From Macrostomum lignano (lineage: Eukaryota): a DNA stretch of 63,637 nucleotides. Both the position numbers and the translations under genes were made by a program. The stretch covers positions 1 through 63,637 of the forward strand of contig NIVC01004034.1 in assembly GCA_002269645.1 (NCBI GenBank), in the 5' to 3' direction. Under the pieces are notes generated by a model. The model made no database searches and was not told the DNA's origin. It saw only the letters and a program-made list of their open reading frames with translations. The stretch's first letter is position 1. Each line of letters opens with the position of its first letter. Of this stretch, positions 34,711-44,155 are shown piece by piece.

Positions 34711-36881
34711 AAACGCGGAGCTGGTGGGGTCGGAGCGGACGGCCCAGTCAGGAGCTCCCGGGGGCGGCCCCCGGTTGCTTTCAGCGCCGTCGAAACGCTG
34801 GCAGCGGGCGAGCTGGGCGCGCTGCTTGACGGTGGCGAAGCGGGCATAGAAGGTGTCATCCAGGCGGCGCTTGATGTCGGCGACGGCGGCGGATTCCCAC
34901 ACCAGGCTGCGCACCCGCAGATTCGCCTGCTCGTCCTCGGCCTCACCGCTGCCTGAGGCGGTCTCGTCTTCCTCGTCTGAGGAGGTGAAATCCCGGGACA
35001 GCACGGCGCGGAACTGGTTGAGCTCGTCTGGGGACAGGTGCGGCAGCAGAGACTCGAATGCCTTCTGGCGCCGGCCGAGCTTCTGCGATGCGATGGGGAT
35101 TGGCGATTCTCACTAGGTGTACGGGGCGATTCTCACTTGGTGTACGGGGCGATTCTCACTAGGTGTACGGGGCGATTCTCACTTGGTGTACGGGGCAATT
35201 CTCACTTGGTGTACGGGGCGATTCTCACTAGGTGTACGGGGCGATTCTCACTAGGTGTACGGGGCGATTCTCACTAGGTGTACGGGGCGATTCTCACTAG
35301 GTGTACGGGGCGATTCTCACTAGGTGTACGGGGCGATTCTCACTAGGTGTACGGGGCGATTCTTGCTAGGTGCACGGGCGATTCTCAATTGGTGTAGGGG
35401 GGGGGGGGCGATTTTTACTCAGTTAATGGGGGCTAATTCTGGCTAGCACCACGGTTACGGACACAAATGAGAATCTGTATTCCAAAAAGCCTCACCGCCT
35501 TCATCCGGTTGCAGCGGGCGGCAGTCCGCCTGTTGCACTGGACCCGCTTGCTCTCCCGCAGGTAGTACTGGTACAGCTCTGCGGGCGGCATTCCGGTTTG
35601 ACTATGACTGACTCGAGAGTCGCGCAAGCAATGCAGCAACAAAGACTGGCTAAAGACTCACTTTTCCAGGTGTCCTCGTCGGCCTCGATGCCAGATTCAT
35701 CCCTCACCAAGTCCAAGACGCTGCGAGCCGCGTCCTGATTGATCGAGTGCTCCCAGCTGAGGGCGGCAAGGGAAAGCGGCTTGCAGGGCTTGGGGAGGTG
35801 GCTGAGTGAGCACTGATTGAGTAGCCAACTAGGCGCGCACCCTACCTCTTGGAGAAGTCGAACAAGTGAGGACCGCTGCCTCGGAGCTTCTTGTAAGCAT
35901 CTTGCAGTATGTTCTGTGGGCAAATTTCTGCTTCTGCTTGATTTCATTCAACTGAAACTCTCAAACTAGAGTGCCCAGACACAGACTAGAGTGCTCAGAC
36001 ACTAATGAGTGCACAGACTAACGAGTGCCCAGACACAGACTACAGTGCTCAGACACTAACGAGTGCCCAGACAATGATTAGAGTGCTCAGACACTAACGA
36101 GTGCCCAGACAATGATTAGAGTGCTCAGACACTAACGAGTGCCCAGACAGACTACAGTGCTCAGACACTGAGTGCCCAGGCACAGACTAGAGTGCTCAGA
36201 CACTTAACGAGTGCCCAGGCACAGACTAGAGTGCTCAGACACTAACGAGTGCCCAGACACAGACTAGAGTGCTCAGACTAGCCAGGCCAGCAGGCTCACC
36301 CGAACGTTGCCGCTCCAGCAGTTGTTGGCAGAGCTGGAAAATTCTCCGCCGCTGCAGCTCAAGATTGATGGACAGCCGGCAGTTCGGTGCGCGGCAGACT
36401 CCGAATCGTCAACGAGCGCCGCTTCATCGTCAGCTGCCTCGTTGAAGTTGTCGGCGGAGTTGACTTGGTGGACGAGAATGCCGCAGCCGCCGCCGCCAGC
36501 CTCGCCGTTAGTGTCAGCCAAGCGAACCTTGGACTCGCGGAATTCTTCAGCAGAATGTTGCAGAGGCCGCTTCCGATCTGCTGGGATCTGCGGCTCAGAC
36601 TCCTGCGCAGACGGCTGCTGCACAGGCAGCGGCAGCGGCGCCGCCTCGGCCAGTCGGTGCTCGGCGCGGACGAGCCGGAGCTGCACATCGGCGGCCGAGG
36701 GCTGCATGATGTCCACCAGCTGCAGGTGCAGGTTGTTGATGAGGCGCAGCGCGGCGCACAGGTCGTCCAGAGTCATGCTGTCCAGCAGCATGCCCGCGTT
36801 CATCAGGGTGGACTCGAACAGGGTCAGCGTAGAGAAAGCCGGCTGCTGCTGCTGCTGGTGCTGAAGGACGGCGGCGGCCAT
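34708..36881 (-). CDS. C14orf93-like putative nuclear protein, gene B (single exon at the position of gene A's array)
   Basis: Phase-consistent exons 36881-36300 (ends phase 0), 35913-35846 (0 to 2), 35756-35662 (2 to 1), 35578-35496 (1 to 0) and 35082-34708. Reads ...DAYKKLRGSGPHLFDFSKSWEHSINQ...TWKKLYQYYLRESKR...KA|KLGRRQK...DFTSSDEE...VRSLVWES...IKRRLD...GPPPGAPDWA. Confidence 0.8.
35100..35395. repeat. 23-bp minisatellite (ggcgattctcactaggtgtacgg)
   Basis: Tandem periodicity in the last intron of gene B. Confidence 0.95.
35965..36280. repeat. ~38-bp dimeric minisatellite (actagagtgctcagacactaacgagtgcccagacacag)
   Basis: Alternating gagtgctcagac / gagtgcccagac half-units in intron 1 of gene B. 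Confidence 0.9.
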
Positions 36882-37389
36882 TGCTGGGCAAACTAGTCGG
36901 TCTGCTGCAAAAATGGTTTTCAACACAGCTGTGACTACAAATCCACACAATGCAAAAAATGCATCTAGTTCTACTGGCCTACTTTTACTCATGGGCATAT
37001 TGAGTGCGAATTACTGGCGGAATTTGCTAAGACGAGTCAGATTTGGTCATAGACAAAACCAACGAACCTCAGTGACTGAGCAGTTGGTCATAAAAACGAA
37101 CGAACCTCTGAGCAGTTTTGCATTGCTTAAACTGGCCATGAATCGGTTCTGGACTCTGACTGCTATCTAGGGATTAATAAGTAGTATTAAGCCTACTTAC
37201 TGCTGAGGAATTCAGCAACAAATTCATATTTTTGCTTTACTGTCAAGTCGGTGGTCACAGAGCAGAGCAGTGTGACCGGGTGAGTAAATACAGGTGCTAA
37301 GATGATAGACTGGCCGTATATTTGAGAACTGATTGAGAACACAACAGCACAGCATAGTCAATAGCAGAACAGTGACAGTAATGAAATAC

Positions 37390-37930
37390 ATAGCAGTAAT
37401 CATTTATAATAAGCAAAGACGAACATCAGCCGCCAGACAGGGCGGAAGCGAATTACAAAAGCGAAAATGCGCCCGGAGTCCGGGCGATCAAGCGGAACCC
37501 AAAGATTGCGGATGTGCCGGACAACCATTGGGGGAGAATTACAGTTGAACAATGGGAGGAAAATGCAAACAATTAGGGGGCTTGTGGCAGTGTTAAAAAG
37601 CAGTCAGTTCACAGCAATGAGCGACTTGACATTATACAATACTCGACTCGCGAATAGGGATTCGACCATACGGGGTGTGAGGGGCCCGGTTCTACTGCAG
37701 TGAAGGGCGAAGCACTCTCAATTTTGAGTTGGTCTCGTTAAATCAGTTTGCCAAAGGAGGGTTTGTCACAGTCAAGCTTGGCTGGGAGTAAATCCTCTGG
37801 ACAAACATCCAGACCAGTCAACCGATTTTCTAAATCCTGCCAGCGCAATTTAATGGGGAGAGCCGCCAATGGAATTTGTATGAGCTGGAGGAGCAGCGCC
37901 CCATCTTCAGTAGCCAGAAAATGAGAATAT
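37390..37930 (-). mobile_element. Possible degenerate 3' end of an L2/CR1-type LINE
   Basis: Scattered peptides TNSKLRVLR, SRVEYC and PAHPQSL...RFCNSLPP resemble ORF2 C-termini; heavily disrupted. Confidence 0.35.
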
Positions 37931-38222
37931 GATGAGGACATTAGAAGGGGGAATGAGGGGTTGGGGAAGTGAAGAGAGATGAGCAAATGAGGGGATAAGG
38001 AAAAAGGGATGGGGAAATGAAGAGCGATGGGGAAATAAGGGGATGGGGAAATGAAAAGATGGGGGATCAGGGGATGGAGAAAAAGAAGGATGGGAAATGA
38101 AATGGGGAAATAAGGGGATGGGGAAATAAGATGGGGAAATGAGGAGATGGGGAAGGTGGGAAAATACGGAGGGGTAGGGAAGGAGTCAAGTCAGTTCTCC
38201 GCAGTCCTTGGCGCCGTCTCAG

Positions 38223-41200
38223 TTATTGAGTGGCGCCGCCAGGCGGATGAGACGCCGTCCAGGCTGGGTCGCGCGCCCAGTCGAGCTGGTCGGCGGGAGG
38301 CGGGCGGCTGGACAGCACAGCTGGGTCCCGCTGCAGCCGCAAAACGTCCGCACGCTGCTTGTCGTCGGCGAGGCGTTCGAGGAAAACTTCGTCTAATCGA
38401 CGCTTCATCTCGCGCAGCTCGGCGCTCTCCCAAGGGAGGCTGCGCACCTTCATCTCAGAGTCCAAGTCGGCACCGCCTTCTTCATCCGAGCTGGTGTAGT
38501 CCCTGTTGAGCACGCTCTCGTATTTTGTCTGGGCGGTCTGGTCGAGGTTGGGCTTCAGGGCCTCGTAGCTCTTCTGGCGCCGGTTCAGCTTCTGCGGGGG
38601 GACCGGCGGGTCAGGATGGGATTCTCGGGCTGGACGAGATGGGATTCTGGGGCTGGATGAGATGGGATTCTCGGGCCGGATGAGATGGAATTCTGGGGCT
38701 GGATGAGATGGAATTCTCGGGCTGGACGAGATGGGATTCTCGGACTGGATGAGATGGGATTCTGGGGCTGATGGGATGGGGATTCTCAGGTAGGTGAGAT
38801 GGGATTCTCGGGGTGATGGGATGGAGTTTCTCAAATAGGTGAGATGGGATTCTCAGGGTGATGGGATGGGGATTCTCAGGTAGATGAGATGGGATGGGAT
38901 TCTCAGGTAGATGGGATGGGATTCTCGGGCTGGTGGGATGGGGATTTACTAAATTAGAAGCCAGTTACCAAGAGTTCTCGGCAGAACGCGGATAGAGCAG
39001 CCGGGAGAGTCGTACAATAGACTTACCCTCGGCAGTTCAAACAAGGAAAATAGCTTTAGCAGCAGACACAACTGAACCAGACAAATCAGGCTCTCACCCC
39101 TGCTCAGACAGTGCGAATGCTCACTGCTATTCATCACCACAACACAGCGCAAAGCCAAGTCCGCACTCACAGTTTGCACAAGAAAGATTGAGTTCAGCTT
39201 GCTCTGCTGCTGCTGCTGTTTAAAATCCCGCTTGAGATTCTTATTAAACCAGCTGCCAAGGTACTTGAATCCGGCCTCTATAAAGAATTGCTAACACAGA
39301 ATTAGCCTAGACAAGCGCAGTGAGAGCTGCCTTTCCGAGAGTTGCTGGGCCGATCAGCTCTAACAAACAAATCAGGAAACGCACTAACTGACCAGGCTAA
39401 TCCGAACAATGCTTCGAGTGTCCGACTGCCGCTTGTTGACCTTAAATGCGCACTGCAGATTCTTGCGATAATGCCCGCCAAAGTACTTTAGCGACTGGGC
39501 TGCAGGGGCGGGGAAGGAGTTTCTTAGCAGTGATTTTCTCAACCAAGTGCAAGGGGAAGCATTGCAGGCGCCCGAGCCCCAACTGGCAGGGGAGGCGCAA
39601 CTTACTATAAGACTGAGCACCGTGTGCCGACACTGCTGGCTGCGCTCTGAGCTGACATATTTAAACTTTAGGTACCTGCGATAGTAGGAGCTAAGGTAGG
39701 CGGAGCAGCCTCCTGCAACAACAGGCAGTTCAGGGTCAGTCAGCCCCCTAACAAACAATGGAGCAACAAAAATTGGCTGGGACGTTGCAGAGAGCCGGCG
39801 GCAGAATGGAGGGACACAGCCTGGTCTGCCAATGCCCGCTTCACTCAATATGCTATGCACATTGTTGATATCGATCGCCCCTCAAACCCTATCATTCCAG
39901 ACCCGTGCTGCTTACCCCACTCTCATCATCGCCTCCTATCCACAAAACCCGCCGAATTTTCCGAGCCCCTATTGCCCTGTCTAGAATCAAATGTACTATT
40001 ATCACACTCTGCCAGACACCAGCTGCTGAACTCTTCGCTTTACGAAGTGCCAGACATGCTCGATGGGGTTCGTGTCTGGAGACTTTGACGTTCCTGTCCC
40101 TGAAGCCGCACTTTGCGCAGCCTTCGCCCATTTCTCAATCACCGATGGAATGCAAAACTTTTGGCCCTTGTGGCAGCGTGAGTGGGGGGGGGGGTGGTTA
40201 GCTGTTGCTGAGTATGCATCTTGTGAGCCAGACACGGTAGGGTTTGGCTACACGGGGCGCAGACACGTACCCAGATTCGATGGAAGCTATTCTTTAGATA
40301 ATCCTGCCTATAATCGCGCCGCAATACGCAGCGGAAATAGCCCGAGTAGTAACTCAGCGCCCGCTCTGCAACAATACACATTATATGCATGGAATTGTGC
40401 ATCTTCAAAAACTCGCCAATCGGGCTAACGTAGCGGGCAGGTGCTGGGCGCTGATCAGCTGCGCACACCTACCAGGACGCGGTGGAACACTTTGTCGCAT
40501 ATGCGCTGCTGGTGCTGCACTTTATAATCTCGTTTGAGCACAGCGCTAAAGTACACTTTAAAGTATTTTTCGGCTACAACTGGAAGTGCAAAAACAATTG
40601 AATTGCGGAGCGGACACAGAAATTGCTGGGGATTCGCTGCGGGCATTCCAGGCCTGGGAGCAAGTGCTGGTCACCAAAAGCTAAGCCTTACTGAGCCCAG
40701 GTATTTGAAGCGATCCATCCGCTGCTGCAGCTGCGCCTGCTCAAGGAGCTTCTTGGCCGATGGCTTCAGCGTCCAAGAGAAATAGGTGCTCAGGTAGCTG
40801 TAGCAGAGCCCTGCAAAGCAGCCCGACCCCCCGAAGTGTTGCAGGGCTGCTACACAATTTCTACCCTAGACTGAGGTGCAAAGGGCGTTGCCAGGGGACA
40901 GGAGACGAGGTCGGCAGGCTGTAGGTCTTACCAAGCTGAAAAGGAATTGCCTCTTCCAGCGAGAGGCCATGTGCAGCTTCTTGACGCCGGGCTTCAGCGT
41001 GCAGCCGAAGTACACGGACATGTACCGGTTGCAGCCGCCTGAAACAGCGCCGGATGGCCAGCTGCGAGTCTCTGGTGATGAGTGCGAATTCCCCTGCCAG
41101 CTGAGCGAGAATTCCCCTGCCAGCTGAGCGAGAATTCCCCTGCCAGCAAAGCGAGAATTCCCCTGCCAGCTGAGCGAGAATTCCCCTGCCAGCAAAGCGA

Positions 41201-42973
41201 GAATTCCCCTGCCAGCTGAGCGAGAATCCCCCCGTTGCTTAGCGGAGGGTTTTTGGGAAGCGGCGACGCTGAATAGGCATTAATAAATTATGATAATTAG
41301 TTGATTAGGTTGTCATACAAGGAGAGCATTGGTGCAGCGGGGGCGGCCCCCGATACCCCCCGATTTGCAACGGGGCCGATTATTATTATTACTATAGTTA
41401 TATTTTAAAGCTCCACAGCGCGGCAGCTGCACGGCTCAGCCAATATCGCAGCATTTTTTTATTTCGGACCAATAACTTTAAATATTTGCACAACTCATCA
41501 GGCCCTGCAACGCCCTTTTTTGTAGTCTGTTTTATAGTGAAATTAAATTCGATAATGCACAGACAATCACATGCTAATATGCAATGAGACCGCTGGGGAG
41601 GCACACTTCAGGCCAATGTAGTGATCAATGGATCATTGGGCACAAGTGCAATAATAAAGGCATTTAATATTTGCAGTATGCATTATTCAAATAGTTTGAT
41701 TTTAATTCCAAATTTAGATAATCTCTTTATGGTGGCAATATACCGCCAACAGTGTGCCAACCCGCCGCTCCCAGATATAAGCGTACTACTAGCAGTAGCC
41801 TACACAGAATATGACAGGAAATGACTTGAAAGACCCACTTCTCCAGGCGGACAGGTTCGCGGGCTGGTATTGGCTGAGGCTGAGCGCTCGGTCGATCACG
41901 CGGTTGGCGGCCAGGACGTTGACGCGGGCGGAGTAGGGCAGGGAGAAGTCGAACACGTTGGTGCCAGTCTCGTCCTTCAGCACTCGGTAGGCCTTGCGCA
42001 GCGTGGCCTTCCAGTCGTTGGACAGCTCGCCGGAGTCGGACAGGTCGGAGCCGCCGCCGCCGCCGCCACCGCCGCCTGGGCCGAGACGGGGCAGCTTGGC
42101 GGGCGGGCTCTGGCCGAAGGCAGCGGCGCCAGCACCGGAGCCGTCGTACACCAGATCCGCCTCCATCAGGACGCAGTCGTCGTCGGAATCGGCGCCCGGC
42201 TCCGACTTGACACCGGAGAAGGACGGCTCCGGCTTGCCCAGCTTCGACGTGCCCGGAGCTCCGGCGGCAGCGGCAGCGGCAGCAGCGGCGGCCACACCGG
42301 CCAGGCCGCCAGAGCCGCTTGTTGATCGCGAGGCGGGCGGCGGGCACTGCGAGGGATGGCGAGGGAAGCCATGGGCTGGTTTCCTGCTGTTTGGGCCTGG
42401 GCGATTCCAAAGGGGTGGTGCAGGGGCAGAGGCGATTCCATAGGGGTGGTGCAGGGGCAGAGGCGATTCCAAAGGGGTGGTGCAGGGGCAGAGGCGATTC
42501 CAAAGGGGTGGTGCAGGGGCAGAGGCGATTCCATAGGGGTGGTGCAGGGGCAGAGGCGATTCCATAGGGGTGGTGCAGGGGCGATTCCATAGGGATAGTG
42601 CAGGGGCGATTCCATAAGGGTGGTGCAGGGGTGATTCCATAGGGGTGGATCACGGTCAGTATATCTTGGGCCAATCCCGAGGCGGTGGTCAAGGCGCAGT
42701 TTACAGGTGATCTATACTGCACTGGATTGAGCTTACCTGGCTGTGCTCATCAGCCACAGTAGCCAGCCGCTGCACAGTGGGGTCCAGCACCTCCAGCAGG
42801 TGGCCGTGCAGCTGGGCCACAATCTTGAACGCCATGAGCAGGTCTCGCACTGCCATGCTGTCAATGAGCATGGTGGCGCTGCTGATGGTGCACTCAAACA
42901 TGGTCAGCGGAGAGAAGCTGCCGCCGCCCTGGCCGCCGGCCGGGGTAGGCGGAAATCCCATAGCGATTGACAT
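38223..42973 (-). CDS. C14orf93-like putative nuclear protein, gene A, with a seven-exon mutually exclusive cassette array
   Basis: Constant exons 42973-42737 (ends phase 0), 42346-41839 (0 to 1; ends AWR a|gtgggt) and 38591-38223 (cgcag|KLNRRQK...DYTSSDEE...VRSLPWES...MKRRLD...SSRPPP...WA*). Only a phase 1-to-0 exon joins them in frame, and seven are present. Confidence 0.85.
38610..38945. repeat. ~23-bp minisatellite (gggctggatgagatgggattctc)
   Basis: Tandem units just upstream (- strand) of the terminal exon acceptor. Confidence 0.9.
39171..39277 (-). CDS. Gene A cassette exon V7 (107 nt)
   Basis: ctttatag|ag...act|gtgagt; (K)AGFKYLGSWFNKNLKRDFKQQQQQSKLNSIFLVQT. Confidence 0.8.
39393..39499 (-). 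CDS. Gene A cassette exon V6 (107 nt)
   Basis: cccctgcag|cc...ctg|gtcagt; (T)QSLKYFGGHYRKNLQCAFKVNKRQSDTRSIVRISL. Confidence 0.75.
39606..39712 (-). CDS. Gene A cassette exon V5 (107 nt)
   Basis: tgttgcag|ga...ata|gtaagt; (R)GCSAYLSSYYRRYLKFKYVSSERSQQCRHTVLSLI. Confidence 0.8.
40000..40150 (-). mobile_element. Tc1 transposase fragment inside the exon array
   Basis: SPDTNPIEHVWHFVKRRV matches the Tc1 SPDLNPIExxW motif. Confidence 0.7.
40271..40365 (-). CDS. Gene A cassette exon V4 (95 nt)
   Basis: tgttgcag|ag...tgg|gtacgt; (K)RALSYYSGYFRCVLRRDYRQDYLKNSFHRIW. Confidence 0.8.
40473..40579 (-). CDS. Gene A cassette exon V3 (107 nt)
   Basis: cacttccag|tt...ctg|gtaggt; (I)VAEKYFKVYFSAVLKRDYKVQHQQRICDKVFHRVL. 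Confidence 0.8.
40692..40810 (-). CDS. Gene A cassette exon V2 (119 nt)
   Basis: ctttgcag|gg...tca|gtaagg; (R)LCYSYLSTYFSWTLKPSAKKLLEQAQLQQRMDRFKYLGS. Confidence 0.8.
40932..41038 (-). CDS. Gene A cassette exon V1 (107 nt)
   Basis: tgtttcag|gc...ttg|gtaaga; (S)GCNRYMSVYFGCTLKPGVKKLHMASRWKRQFLFSL; very high GC3. Confidence 0.8.
41083..41232. repeat. 23-bp minisatellite (ctgagcgagaattcccctgccag)
   Basis: About 6 units in the intron preceding V1. Confidence 0.95.
42400..42650. repeat. 31-bp minisatellite (gattccataggggtggtgcaggggcagaggc)
   Basis: Tandem units in intron 1 of gene A. Confidence 0.95.
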
Positions 42974-43484
42974 GACGGAGATTTAGGCTGGTTGGATGGC
43001 GGAGGCCGCGAGGCTGCACTGCAAACGTGGCGGTGGGTTTGGAAGGGGCTGCCTTGGTGACTGAACTCTGTGCATGCTCAAGCCTTCACTAGATGGCTAG
43101 TCTCTAAACACAAGGTGCTGAATACTAGCTAAGCATGAGACAACTTTAGCTATTTATATAGTAGTCTAACCAACAGCATAGAATTGGGTAGTGGTACTGA
43201 GATATCCAGATATGAAACTATTTGATACTTGGCCGCATTGTGCATTTAACCCTAAGCAGGGGAGGGAAGCGCCCTTCTCGATTCCGCTTTATAAGTGCCA
43301 ATGTAATTTGGGAGTCGATCCAAAGCTTAAACACAATGGATTATATAAGATGGCCATCATGCTAGCAGTTCTTCATGCTAGCGTTACTTCCGTGAGTGAC
43401 GGATGGCAGAAAGGCAACCTACTTAAGAAGCAGATTGCGGAGTGACAGCTTTCATACTAGTAGCTGACAACTTCCTTGCTGGGT

Positions 43485-44155
43485 GACAACTTTAGGGACT
43501 GATTAGAGTGACAGCTTTCCTAAGTGACGGATTGCCGAGTGACAACTTTAGGGACTGATTAGAGTGACAGCTTTCCTAAATGACGGACTGCCGAGTGACA
43601 ACTTTAGGGGCTGATTAGAGTGACACCTTTCCTAAATGACGGATTGCCGAGTGACAACTTTAGGGGCTGATTAGAGTGACAGCTTTCCCAAGTAACGTAT
43701 TGCCGAGTGAAAACTTTAGGGGTTGATTAGAGTGACAGCTTTCCTAAATGACGGATTGCCGATTGACAACTTTAGGGGCTGATTAGAGTGACAGCTTTCC
43801 CAAGTGACGTATTGCCGAGTGAAAACTTTAGGGACTGATTAGAGTGACAGCTTTCCTAAATGACGGATTGCCGAGTGACAACTTTAGGGGTTGATTAGAG
43901 TGACAGCTTTCCTAAATGACGGATTGCCGAGTGACAACTTTAGGGGCTGATTAGAGTGACAGCTTTCCCAAGTGACGTATTGCCGAGTGAAAACTTTAGG
44001 GACTGATTAGAGTGACAGCTTTCCTAAATGACGGATTGCCGAGTGACAACTTTAGGGGTTGATTAGAGTGACAGCTTTCCTAAATGACGGATTGCCGAGT
44101 GACAACTTTAGGGGCTGATTAGAGTGACAGCTTTCCTAAATGACGGACTGCCGAG
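43485..44155. repeat. 56-bp minisatellite (gacaactttaggggctgattagagtgacagctttcctaaatgacggattgccgagt)
   Basis: Unit starts at 43485 and 43541; about 12 copies. Confidence 0.95.

Noticed and set aside
26740-34849. Long periodic ORFs (414, 340, 508 and 264 aa, etc.) as repetitive proteins
   Set aside because: They are open in several frames and on both strands because the repeat units lack stops, and they lie in introns or intergenic DNA bounded by real splice sites.
39021-39130. Strong donor (agg|gtaagt at 39027) suggesting another cassette after V7
   Set aside because: The phase-0 frame lacks the Y..YF..LK pattern, and the frame resembling V7 (AKAIFLV) hits a stop. At most a decayed remnant.
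40932-41070. Alternative V1 reading frame (LAIRRCFRRLQPVHVRVL...)
   Set aside because: Codon bias, splice phase and homology to the other cassettes all favour the GCNRYMSVYF frame.
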